DNA of 63,864 nt, filler included, from Octopus bimaculoides (GCF_001194135.2; 7 parts of 7 records of this genome joined end to end with filler, not necessarily neighbours in it); one strand, 5' to 3'. Shown: positions 11,071 through 22,634, counted from the first letter of the whole stretch. Notes: generated by a model from the letters alone, not told the origin. Translations and numbers: made by a program.

Positions 11071-12117
11071 CATCGCCATGTTATAATCGTTTACATTGCA
11101 TGGCATCCAAACCAGTCGTTTCCAAAGTAACCTCGGCAAGGAATTGTTCTTCTTCCTTAAACGTCAGACTCCGATGCTCATCGACAAGACAACTTCTTGG
11201 CAATGCCATCTTGTTATTCATAAAGCAACTCAAGAACTGTTGCAGAGAGATCTGACTCTCAATTTTTCTTTCCACATTTTAATAGGATCCCATTTCAGGC
11301 TAGAATCAAACATTGTTTCATTTGGAAATGGTATGCTTTTTTTTTTTTTTTTTTTCTTCCCTACCTGCAAATTTTTAGAGAATGATTACTTGATATTTGC
11401 TGTTTCATATCTATGGAGGAGGAGGAGGAGGAGGTGTCTCCTCTTCTGGAGTCTCTAGACATATTTAAGTTTGTAATAGCAAAACCTTTTGAGAGAATTT
11501 TTTTTTCTTTTTCTGTCCCATATTTCAAAATTTTGTCTGTTCCAGCTGATGGTGCCAATGCTGTATGTCGGAACTAATATGAGACTATTGGTTATGCTAA
11601 TCTCCTCTTTTAGAAAGTCAACAATGTCTAAAGAACTAAATGTCTTCATTAATTGTATTCTTTGACAAGGACTAGTTCCATGCCATTGTTACTCAGTACC
11701 ACATCTCTCTCGTCAGTGCTGATATTTTAGTAATAGACCTTTCTCATCAACAAAGTCTTTTCTGACAATCTCCTAGTCCAATTCAATATTTTCAATGTTA
11801 CCCATCTTCAATATTCTCTTGGGACAATTGTTAAAGCTGACATTCAGTTCTTATGAAGGACTAGTTCTTTTACCACCATCTTCATCTGTTTGTTCATCCA
11901 TATTCCAAGTAATTAGTTAAGAAGCTGCTCATTCGTGACCTATAAAGGTGTTGATACTTGATTGCAATGAGTGCTGGACAAAAACAGCAGGGAAATCAAG
12001 AAATCTGCACAGAAGCTTCAATATCATGTTGGTTCGATTGTCCAGATTTTTTTTTTACCTCCAAATTGTGGTGCAACATTCACTTTGTAACAGTTTAACT
12101 TTATCGTTATTATTATT

Positions 12118-12560
12118 AAGGCAACGAGCTAGCAGAATCGTTAGCACGCCGAGCTAAGTGGTGTTTCATCTGTCGCTATGTTCTGAGTTCAACTTCAGCT
12201 GAGGTCGACTTTGCCTTTCATCCTTTCGGTGTTATTAAATTAAGTACCAGTTGTGTACTGGAGTCATTTCTAATTGACTAGTCCCCTCTCCTCCAAATTT
12301 CAAGGCCTTGTGTCTTCAGTAGACAGGATTATTATCATTACCAAGGCAGCAAAACCTGCAGAATCGTTAGAATGCCAGGCACAATGCTTAGCAATATTTC
12401 ATCTTTCTTTACAATTTGAATTCAAATTCTGTAAAGGTCAGCTTTGCTTTTTGTCCTTTCAGGTTTGATAAAAAAATAAATACCAGCTGGGCGCTGGAGT
12501 CAGTGTAACTGACTACCCCCACTGAAGTTGCTGGCCCTGTGCCAAAATTTGAAACTATTA
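12118..12560 (+). mobile_element. SINE-B tandem dimer after (TTA)n
   Basis: Two consecutive units with TTCTGAGTTC/TTTGAATTC B-box-like motif and GAGGTCGACTTTGCCTTTCATCCTTTCGG core. Confidence 0.8.
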
Positions 12561-13124
12561 CTATCGTTACATTCTCACCTGCCCTTCAGGATTACGATGT
12601 GTAATTTTTTATGTTGACAAAGCAACAAGACAGAATTTTTCCAGCTATTTTCCATAACACTGTTATTCCTTTGTAGCCAATGTAGAATATCTATTTTAGA
12701 GCAATTATTGATAATGTAATATTTGGAAAAGTTGGCAGCCATATTGGTCATCCTTATTGTCTGTATCATGAAGATTAGTGATGGTGCTTCCAATTTAATA
12801 ATAACCATTTCTTCTTGGTCTTCCAGTGTGGCATTCATGGAGTGTTCCAGTAAGATTTTAAAGAGTTGTTGGTGAAAGCAAATCATCCTTGTTGAATTTC
12901 AACTGTTGTGTTGTAATGGACCAATGACCAGGGACTGCCCTTACAGCGCTGCTATCACCAATATTTCCGCTGTCTCAGACACTGTTGTATTTCTTTGTGC
13001 TTGCCTGTGAGATGGTTTTGTGATGCTCTGTGAAAATATTTCTTCCAGTCCATGAAAACATGCTAAATGTTGGTGTCATTGGTAATCCTTGGACAAGATT
13101 CTTGGATGCACAATATCTGCCTTC

Positions 13125-13332
13125 TGGCAGAAACGTCAGCACGCCGGGCAAAATGCTTAGCGGTATTTCGTCTGTCTTTACATTCTGAGTTCAAATTCTG
13201 CCATGGTTGACTTTGCCTTTCATCCTTTCGGGGTCGATAAATTAAGTACCAGTTGTGTACTGGGGTCAATCTATTCGACTTGCCCCCCCCCCCTCCTCCA
13301 AAATTTCAGGCCTTGTACCTACAGTAGCAAAG
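13125..13332 (+). mobile_element. SINE-B with a 16-bp target-site duplication
   Basis: AATATCTGCCTTCTGG at 13112-13127 and 13333-13348 flank the element. Confidence 0.9.
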
Positions 13333-13950
13333 AATATCTGCCTTCTGGTGGTCTGGTTCCTGACACAGCTTGCCTGTTTGTTCTGTGGTATTTGCCATTC
13401 TGTTCACTTTCACTGACCAACATAACCAGAATGGTACGGTTAATATGGCATTCTGTTACAGCTCAAAGTTTCCTTTCTTAGGAATCATGGCAAACCAGGA
13501 CTTTGTCTTTGATGTGAATTATTTTTGATATTTACTAAATGTTGTTGGTTGTGAGAACTGATCATGGCTTCTTTCCTCTTAACTGGAATAATATTGATAC
13601 CAGTTAATTTCAGCTTTTTCAGAGATTTTACCATTGTTGTAACCACCTTGTTCAAGACTGGATTACTCTTGTCTTCAAAATCAGTGTCAGGACCGAGAAG
13701 TGTCTTGTGACTTCCTGATTATAGCTTCAAATAGAACTTAGCTTACCATTCCAGAAGTGCATAGCTAACATATCGGCAAACACTCATCAGGTTAGGCAAT
13801 TGTTTCTACACTGGCTTAAAACATGTCTTCCACACCACTTTTTATTGAATTATGAACTCCTTTTTTCTGGATGGATAGGAAAAGTTTGATTCTTCATGTA
13901 TTATCTTTCTCTCCTGTGAAATGTCCTTTGAACATGTCATGTATTTCTAA

Positions 13951-14433
13951 AATTTCAAGATCTTGTTAAAACTTTCCCACCAGTTTCAAAATGAATCCAT
14001 GTTATTTTTAGATAGTTCACTTTGTGTCTAACAAACTGAGAATTGGAGCAAATCACGTGTGTGTGTGTGTGTGTGTGTGCGTGTGTGTGTGCGTGTGTGT
14101 GTGCGTGTGCGTGTGCGTGTGTGTGTGTGTGCGCGTGCGTGTGTGCGTGTGTGTGTGCGTGCGTGCGCGCGCGCGCGTGTAACCATAGAGCAACTGATTT
14201 ATAAATGTACAAGTGGAAATTTGAATGTTATTGCAGTTAATTAAAAGCTTTGTAAACCCATCATATTCTGTAAATCAATTAAATTGACTAATTAATGAAT
14301 CTTCATTGAGGGTTTGTCTTTTAATAGTTTGAACAATATCTTTCAACTTGGTTCGTCATTATTATTATTATTATTATCTTAAGGCAGAGAGAGGCTGGCA
14401 GAATCATTAGCATACTGGGCAAAATGCTTAGTG
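13951..14433 (+). repeat. Copy 2 of the local duplication, with an expanded (GT/GC)n tract
   Basis: Matches 10289-10680 except for a 22-bp deletion and a ~125-bp microsatellite at 14057-14180. Confidence 0.9.
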
Positions 14434-14661
14434 GTAACATTCAGTATCTCCTGAGTTCTCAAGATTTCTTAAAACAATCTAATTAGTAATTAGTTTGTAT
14501 TTAATATTCGCCCTTTTATTTTTGTCAATGTAGAGTTTTGTTAGCTGAAGGATACCCAGTTCATTCTTGTCACGGTTGACTGCCTTTCATTTTCTGTCAG
14601 TTTCAACATGTCATCGTTGCTGTCCCTATCAAATGAAAATTCAAAATGGAACAAGAATGAA

Positions 14662-14766
14662 AGACGGAAAGCCTCCCGTCAGCCATGAGATCCAGATTAC
14701 AGACTTTAAATGCACCAAAACTACACTTGTAATCTGGGTCTCTATGGCTGACAAGGATTTCCATCT
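14662..14766. repeat. Imperfect inverted repeat, pre-miRNA-sized hairpin
   Basis: GTCAGCCATGAGATCCAGATTACA pairs with TGTAATCTGGGTCTCTATGGCTGAC (one G-U, one bulge); extended by GACGGAAA/TTTCCATC; 26-nt loop. Confidence 0.8.
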
Positions 14767-14883
14767 ATTTTTGCCTTTTAGTCTTTCTCCATCTAATCGT
14801 TTCCAATGTTCCGCTTTGATTTTTTTTTTTTTCTTTTGAAGTTTGTAGCCCTCACACCATCTCAACATTTTCGCATATATGTG

Positions 14884-15035
14884 TGCTAGTGTGGCTGTGT
14901 CGTAAGGAGTTTGCTTCCCAACCATATGGCTCTGAGTTCAGTCCCACTGTGTGGCATCTTGGGCAAGTGTCTTCTATGACATCCTGGGGCTGACCAAAGC
15001 TTTGTAAGTGGATTTGATAGACAAATTGAAAGTGT
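14884..15035 (+). mobile_element. SINE-A 5' half
   Basis: GTGGCTGTGTCGTAAG..GAGTTCAGTCCCACTG..CTTGGGCAAGTGTCTTC. Confidence 0.75.
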
Positions 15036-15802
15036 GTGTGTGTGTGTGTATTCATGAGGAAGCTCAGCAGGATTTTCTTCTTTATATTCCAAATAAAAAA
15101 TTCTCTCAAAATTCTAGTTTGCTTTATTTGAGATCCTTGTGTAAGAGTGACCTGTACATTACATCAAATTATAAAAGAAAATCATGCAAAATGGAAATGC
15201 TCCTCTCCAAATTGCAGCCAAAAGTTGAAAATGGGAGCTCCAGTTCTTGCTACCCAACCAAATATAATCGAAACCTATTAAGTGGTGGCACTACTGTTCC
15301 AAGACACTGCTATTTCTTCTGTTGGTCAATATGTCCATGTTGATGACTCCTTCCATCCAGGCTGTAGTTGCAGTATTCAAAGACAGCAGCTGTTGCAATA
15401 TAATATTTGTGTTAGTGAAAGACATGGAAATGCCACTACGACTGTTTTGTTGTGTTGCTGATAATTAAAAATGGTTTGTTTGATTAATTGTGAAGTGTAA
15501 TGAAAATTAAAATTTCTTTAAATTCTTGATTTTGTTGTTATGATATTTATGATTGAAATCTACAATTAAAAATATTCATTTGAACTCTAAAAATATTTGG
15601 CTTTTCTTAACAAAGACTAAAAAAAAAATAACAGCCAAGTCTAAAATGAATAATTAAAAATGTATTTTTTAAAATATTTAAACAGATGTACCTGTTAAAA
15701 CCTGTCATAACAAAAATTAGAGCCAGTTTCTTGCTGGGGAAATGGAAAAGGTATGGAATTTTTAGAAAAGCACTTTTGTTTTTTTATTGAAACCCCGATA
15801 GG

Positions 15803-16165
15803 CATAGGAGTGGCTGTGTGGTAAGTAGCTTGCTTAACAACCACATGGTTCCGGGTTCAGTCCCACTGCGTGGCACCTTGGGCAAGTGTCTTCTACTATA
15901 GCCTCAGGCCGACCAAAGCCTAGTGAGTGGATTTGGTAGACGGAAACTGAAAGAAGCCCGTCGTATGTATGTATATATATATATGTATGTGTTCCCCCCC
16001 CAACATCGCTTGACAACCTATGCTGGTGTGTTTACGTCCCCGTAACTTAGCGACCGATAGAATAAGTACTCGGCCTACAAAGAATAAGTCCTGGGGTCGA
16101 TTTGCTCGACTAAAGGCGGTGCTCCAGCATGGCCACAGTCAAATGACTGAAAGAAGTAAAAGCAT
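15803..16165 (+). mobile_element. SINE-A, near full length
   Basis: Colinear with 594-957. Confidence 0.85.
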
Positions 16166-17189
16166 AAAGCTAATTCTTAAAGGTTGTAACTTTGTGATAC
16201 TTAACCCGATTCTTGTGTAAAATAAAGGGACATCTGAGCAATGCCAGCAGGAATCTATTCCATCATAGTTTCTTACATTCCTCTTTTGAATGAGAGCCAG
16301 ATATTTATTCACATACACAAGCTGATATCGATCAGAAGTTGTACAGAAGTTGTACTGAGTGTACTATTTCTGAAGTTGATCCTTTCCTGACAAATAGAAG
16401 TTATCTCCCTTCCATCCTGGTAGTCAGTAGTTTTCCGAGGTTATCTCCTCCTGTTCAAACACTCGCCAAGAATAGATCTTCTGTATTTTTTTCCTAGCAG
16501 ACTGTCAGCGAGAACTATTACAGTAAATATTGCAGTATAGAATTTCCTTCAGAAATGTTTATTCTCCATAAAAAAAGAAAGACGTTTAGGATTAACCATT
16601 AATTACTCCTTTTTTTTAAAGCTGATATTCTGTGTGCTATAAGTGAGTATGTATATATGTATGCATGTGTTTATACGTATTACCAGTCTGTATGCAGCTG
16701 TCCGTCCTCTTGAATTATTGAATTTCTGGATTCGATTTTGCTTTGTTTTTATACATTTACTTTATTCAGATTTATTTCGACTGGTTAATAAAAAAAAATT
16801 ATCAATTTACAATTACTTCATTAACCTGTAAACGCCTCCCCGCACCTTTTTGTTTCTTCTTCTTCTTCTCATAAGACATGTATTTAGATAGATTTTATTT
16901 TTTAAAACTACGTCCAGAATTGTAAACATTTCAAAGCCAAAGTTACTATTTGATAAAATGTTTGTGGATACAAGTCTAAATTTATTGTCTTGACTTGGCA
17001 AATGATTGACTAAAATTTGGAGAAACCGATTTTTAAGCTTCAATTCAGTCTTCCTCAAGTAGATATTTTAAAGTTTTTAGTATAAAAATTGTAAATCGAG
17101 AAGGAAAAAAATATATATAATAAAGAATTTCAAATTAAAACTGCTCCATTTGTTTGTTGGTTTTTATCTGAAAACTAGCTGAGGGCAGG

Positions 17190-18245
17190 TGGTCCTGCTG
17201 TGGGCTGAAGAAGTTGACTTCCTAATCACAAGGTTTCAGGTTCAGTCCCACAGGGCAACCAAAACCTTGTGAGTGGACTTGGTAGATGGAAACTGATAGA
17301 AAGCCCATTAAATATGGGTGCCAGTGTCTCCTTATTTTGACATTGTGCGATAGTTGTAAATGAGTGTCACTCTCATACAAGCAGTGTCATTTGTTGCCAA
17401 TATTCTGTGGAAAACTTGTCTGACGGTGGGGAAAGATTACTTGGAATAAACAATCCTGTCTGACCAATGCAAGCATAGAAATGTGGATGTTGAAAAATGA
17501 TGATTCTACATGTCTTATGTACCAAACATTACCCACCAAATGTAGGAATATATGCACATACACACACCATTGATTGCAATACCTGTGTAGGTAAATGGAA
17601 ACTAATAAAAGTATAAATAGATGTATGAATAACCACTGTTTGGAATCACTCCAAATACACATCACTGGGAATTTAAAGATAAATATTGTATGACCATACC
17701 TTGTTATACTAATGTGGCTGTGAATAAAGGCTGCCAGGAGTCCAACCCATACCAGCCTGGAAAAACAGACGTTAAATGGTGATGATGGTGATGACTGCAC
17801 GATTTAAATAAAGGGAGAAAAATCCGTATTCACTTAATCCAAAAGAATGCAGCAATAGACTACGATTTGTCTGTTTAGATCCTGTTTTCAAACCACCAAC
17901 CTCGATGCTCCCTCTTTCTCGCTCTCTCTCCTTTTGAGTATTCCAAAGAAACAAGGAAAGACTCCAACTATGTCTTTCTCCATGTCTTTTCGTAACAGAC
18001 AACAGGATGTCATTTGAGATGCGTATGCATGTGTATCTCAGGCTGACCAAAGCCTTGGGAGTGAATTTGGTGGCAGAAACTGAAAAAAGCCCATCGTATA
18101 TATGCGTGTGGGTGTTTGCCCCGCCCCACCACCACCACTGCTTGACAGCCGGTGTTGGTGTGCTTACATCCCCATAAAATAGACCAACAGAATAATTCCC
18201 AAGGTAATGCCCCAGCATGGCCACAGTCTAAAGAGGTAAAAGATA
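17190..18245 (+). mobile_element. Cluster of degenerate SINE-A pieces (17190-17500, 18040-18245) and an RTE-tail piece (17715-17795)
   Basis: GGTTCAGTCCCAC..CCAAAACCTTGTGAGTGG; GACCAAAGCCTTGG..CAGCATGGCCACAGTC; CAGACGTTAAATGGTGATGATG. Confidence 0.55.
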
Positions 18246-18555
18246 ATATACACACACACGTTTCATCCTTGTGGTTGCTTGGAAGTTTGAAATGTAAATT
18301 GGATGCTTAAACCGACTGGATCATCAGAGAAACCCTTTATGGCAACAAGAGAAGTGATGTGGGAAGTTGGGGAAATGACAAAGCATTTTCTAAGTATTTT
18401 GAAAGAGAAGAAAGAAAGAATGAAAGCATAAGACAGACACAGAAAGAAAGGGGGAGAGAGAGAAACAAGACAAGAAGAAAAGAAAGACCGAACGAGTCAA
18501 CCATGAAAGGAATAAAAAAGTAAACATTTTAAAGATTAGGATGAAAAATAAATGG

Positions 18556-18922
18556 AACAAGAACACTCAGAGAGCACCAAACCTCTGCCAAGGCAACACC
18601 AATGTCCTCTCAATGATTTAGCAAGAGATAATTTTTAAAACGAGAATATCTGAAATAAATTCGACTGCTCTCACAGACGAGAATACTAAATATGAACCTG
18701 ACCGCTCTCAAAAATTAAGTAAAAAGCAGGAAAAATAATCCAGAATTCTTGTCTAGTACCAGATCGATCCCAAAATCTAATCAGTTTGTGCCAGTCATGA
18801 GGCCAAACATCCCTGAAAGTTTCATCCGAATCCATCCAGCGGTTCTTGAGATATCTTGTCCAGTGACAAACAAACAAACACAACTGAAAACAATACCCCC
18901 GCCTTCGCTAGGCGGAGATAAT
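18556..18922. mobile_element. HINE/Helentron-like (DINE-1-like) non-autonomous element
   Basis: AACAAGAACACTCAGAGAGC..CCTCTGCCAAGGC start; GAAAGTTTCATCCGAATCCATCCAGCGGTTCTTGAGATATC; (ACAA)n; subterminal inverted match GCCTTCGCTAGGCGGAG; second copy at 30930-31235. Confidence 0.55.
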
Positions 18923-19271
18923 AATAAAATGAAGGCAAATTAAAAAAAGGAATACTTTGCAAGAGAGTTTAGTAGTTTGTCGTCTGTAGCTAAAATAGTT
19001 GAATGATATAATCATGCAAGAAGTGTTATAGAGTAATCTCCCTTTAGTAAGGTTCTCCGAAGATTATATTTCATGAGAAGTAATTCTTAATTAATCAAGA
19101 AGCTTCGCATTTCTCTTGGAAGTTTCTAGAATGTCTAGCGTTCCATTAATAAAATCAGTTTGCTTGCCCTGCTCTTTGCTTCTTTGTCGATTAGACTCAG
19201 AGCCATTCACGTCGTTGGTATGTCTATCTATTCCTCTATGCCACATTACTAAAAACCACTATTTAGCTGTT

Positions 19272-19622
19272 ACTCTTTTACTTGTTTAAGTCATTTGACT
19301 GCGGCCATGCTGGAGCACCACCTTTAGTCGAGCAAATCGACTCCGGGACTTATTCTTTGGATACCTAGTACTTATTCTATCGGTCTCTTTTGCCGAACCG
19401 CTAAGTTACGGGGACCTAAACACACAAGCATCGGTTGTCAAGCGATGTTGGTGGGGGCAAACAGAGACACAGACATATACANNNNNNNNNNCCCACTCAC
19501 AAGGCTTTGGTCGACCCGAGGCGATAGTAGAAGACACTTGTCCAAGATGCCACGCAGTGGGAATGAACCCGGAACCATGTGGTTGGTAAGCAAGCTACTT
19601 ACCACACAGCCACTCCTGCGCC
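19272..19622 (-). mobile_element. SINE-A, near full length (contains a small gap)
   Basis: Reverse complement of the family A sequence. Confidence 0.85.
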
Positions 19623-19984
19623 TGTTATTTCTACATTTCTGAACTTTCTTGCATAGATTAGTTTCTACATTTTGATTATGTTTCATCGACAACCAGTGAA
19701 TAAAATATATTTTATGTAATATATATATTATAGTTCCTAAATTTATTCTTTTTCTCTGTAAGAATTCTTCTAATAAGATACATGCAGCATTTCTAAACAT
19801 ATATTCGCACGACAAGAGAAAGAAAAAAAGCATGATAAAAAGAGAGACTATGATGGCAGAAAGGGACGATAGAAAAAAGGGTATGTTTTGAAGGGGTCAG
19901 GGTTTTGAGGCATCCATTGAGACCATTAGAAATTGGAAAATGAATATAAACACGTGTGTGTGTGTGTGTAGGTGCAGGTGTAGC

Positions 19985-20535
19985 TATGTGGTAAGAAGCT
20001 TGCCGGGTGAAATGCTTAGTGGTATTTCGTCTGTTGCTACGTTCTGAGTTCAAATTCCGCCGAGGTCGACTTTGCCTTTCATCCTTTCAGGGTCGATTAA
20101 ATAAGTACCAGTTACGCACTGGGGTCGATGTAATCAACTTAATCCGTTTGTCCCCTCTGTGTGTAGTCCTTTGTGGGCAGTAAAGAAATAAGAAGCTTGC
20201 TTTCCTACTACATGGTTCCAGGTTCAGTCTCACTGCATGGCACCTTGGGCAAGTTTCTCTACTACAGACTAGGGCCAATCACTTGTGAATGGATTTGGTG
20301 AACAGAAACTGAAAGAAGCCTGTCGTATGTATATGTCTACGTTTCTCTTTGTGTCTGTCCCCTACCACTGCTTCACAACCGGTGTTGGTGTGTTTATGTA
20401 TCCCCTCCCCATAACTTAGTGGTTTAGTAAAAGGGGCCGATAGAATAAATACCAGGTTTTCAAAAAAATCCTGGGCTTGATTCATGAGGTGCTCCAGTAT
20501 GGCCAGTTTCATGACTGAAACAGGTAAAAGCAAAG
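19985..20535 (+). mobile_element. SINE-B (about 19995-20185) inside or adjacent to a degenerate SINE-A (to 20535)
   Basis: SINE-A-like head GCTATGTGGTAAGAAGCTTG runs into the SINE-B body GCCGGGTGAAATGCTTAGTGG; SINE-A resumes at AGAAGCTTGCTTTCC. Confidence 0.7.
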
Positions 20536-20639
20536 ATAAAGATTACTTTCCAACTGCTGGAAGGGAGGGGGGAGGTCAGCAAGGTCAACCTCAAGCTGGA
20601 TATAACATATTTTGATGCCAGAAACCAAGATAATAATAA

Positions 20640-20960
20640 CCCTTTCTACTATGATCTCAAGGTCTGAAATTTTGGGTAAGGGGCCAGTCAAGTAGATCTA
20701 ACCCCAGTATGCAACTGGTACTTAATTTATCAACCCCATAAGGATGAAAGGCAAAGTCGACCTCGGTCAAATAACAGTAGGCACATGGGCTGAAATTTGG
20801 GGCAAGAGAGAAAGTCAATTACATCAACCCAGTACACAACTGGTATTTTATTTCATCAACCCCAAAAGAATGAAAAGCAAAGTCAACCATGGCAGAATTT
20901 GAACTCAAAACTTAAAGACAGACCAAATGCCACTAAGCATTTTGTCCATTGTGCCAGCCA
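20640..20960 (-). mobile_element. SINE-B tandem dimer
   Basis: Two units GGCCTGAAATTT..CCCAGT..AACTGGTA..GGATGAAAGGCAAAGTC. Confidence 0.75.
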
Positions 20961-20984
20961 GCTTTTTTAATAACAATAATTTAG

Positions 20985-22634
20985 TGAGTGGTGTAGCAGC
21001 ACCATAGTCAACTGCTACAAAAGTAAAGGTGATGCTCTAGATAGAAATAATTACAGAGGTATCAAATTATTGGATCAGGTGATGAAAGTTATAGAGAGGG
21101 TCATAGCCCAACTAATTAGGGAGAGAATTAGCCTAAATGAGATGCAGTTTGGTTTTGTGCCAGGTAGAAGCTCCTCTATGCTGATGACCTTGCCCTAATA
21201 GCTAAGTCACTGCCAGAACTAGAGACAAAGTTTAGGGTGTGGAAGCAAGGTCTAGAATTGAAGGGCCTTAGGGTTAACCTAGCAAAAACAAAAGTGTTAG
21301 TAAGTAGGAAGGCTGACAAATCACAAACCCCTTCAGGTAGAACGCCCTGCTCAATCTGTAGAAAAGGCATGGGTAGAGACTCCATATGATGTACCCAGTG
21401 TAAGCTATGGACACATAAGAGGTGCAGCAATATCAAAGGAAGGTTAACTGGGAAGATAGTTTTTGTTTGTGGCGGATGCACAGGGACAATAAACACTGAA
21501 GATGTACAGAAAATAGATTCCATCACATGCCATGGGGAAAAACTAGAAGTAGGACTGAAAGGAATGAAGCTAGTATGCTTTGCTGCATGTGTAATGTCAG
21601 TGTGCATACATGACAGAGTGTAAGCACCCTGAGAGAAAAGTTGGACATAAGAAGCATCAGATGTGGTGTGCAAGAGAGACGACTGCGCTGGCATGGTCAT
21701 GTGTTATGTATGGATGAGGACAGCTGTGTGAGGAAGTGTCACTCCCTATTTGTGGAAGAGGTAGACTCAGGAAGACATGGGATGAGGTGACCAAGTTAGT
21801 AGTGGGGGAGGGTGTGCTGAAAGTGTAGCTGCTAGAATAAGAATAGCCTGGGCACAGAGAGCTCTTACCTCTGCTGGTGACAAAGGGCCACTCGCTCAAA
21901 GTAAAAGGTAGACTGTATGATGCATGTGTACGAACAGCTATGCTACATGGCAGTGAAACATGGGCCGTGACTGCTGAGGACATGCAAGTGCCTTGAGAGA
22001 AAAGTTGGACCTAAGAAGCATCAAGTGTGGTGTGCAAGAGAGATGATTACACTGGTATGGTCATGTGGCAAGAATGGATGAGGATAGCTGTGTGAAAAAG
22101 TGCTACACCCTAGTGGTTGAAGGAACCTGTGGAGGAGGTAGACCTAGGAAGACCTGGGATGAGGTGGTGAAGCACGACCTTCGAACATTAGGCCTCACCA
22201 AAGCAATGACTAGTGATCGAGACCTTTGGAGATATGCTGTGCTTGAGAAGACTCGGCAAGTAAAGTGAGATCGCAGCCATGGCTGATGCCATTGTTCCAT
22301 GTCCGGCCCATTTAAGAGTACCTGGGCGATGTGATATGCTTGAGAAGACCTGTTGAGTCAAGTAAAACCAAAATCATAGCTGTGGCCAGTGCCCCCTGAC
22401 TGGCTCCTGTTCCAGTGGCATGTAAAATGCATCATCTGTATGTGGTCCATACGAATGGCATGCAAAAAGCATCCACTATACTCTTGGAGTGGTTGGCGTT
22501 AGGAAGAACATCCAGCTGTAGAAACATTAGCATATCAGATTGGAGCCTGGTGCAGCCGCTGGCCCTCCAGACCTCAAACCGTCCAACCCCTGCCAGCCAG
22601 GAAAACGGACGTTAAATGATGATGATGATGATGA
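20985..22634 (+). mobile_element. RTE-clade LINE, 5'-truncated, internally deleted and rearranged; RT with a PHD finger; 3' UTR ending in (GAT)n
   Basis: STIVNCYKSKGDALDRNNYRGIKLLDQVMKV; QFGFVPGR; LYADDL at 21174-21191; C4HC3 motif at 21348-21479; MLHGSETWAV; WYGHVARM; GRPRKTWDEVV; stop at 22266-22268. Confidence 0.9.

Larger units (their letters stand above)
10140..14640 (-). mobile_element. Very old R4/Dong-like non-LTR retrotransposon RT remnant, broken by SINE-B copies and a duplication
   Basis: Minus-strand translations give TVEIQQG..DLLSP (cf. IxRGIFQGDSLSP), LNVSFNNCPKRILKMG (cf. MxFGLxKCAKLxLKxG) and LVPTYSIGTISWNRQNFEIWDRK (cf. IPVLTYSFGIIxWxxxEIxxLDRK), in the expected order, with many stops and frameshifts. 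Confidence 0.55.

Noticed and set aside
15140-15430. KWKCSSPNCSQKL..IQRQQLL resembles a FLYWCH/MULE N-terminus
   Set aside because: The His ligands are not in register, there is an internal stop, and no transposase core or TIRs are nearby.
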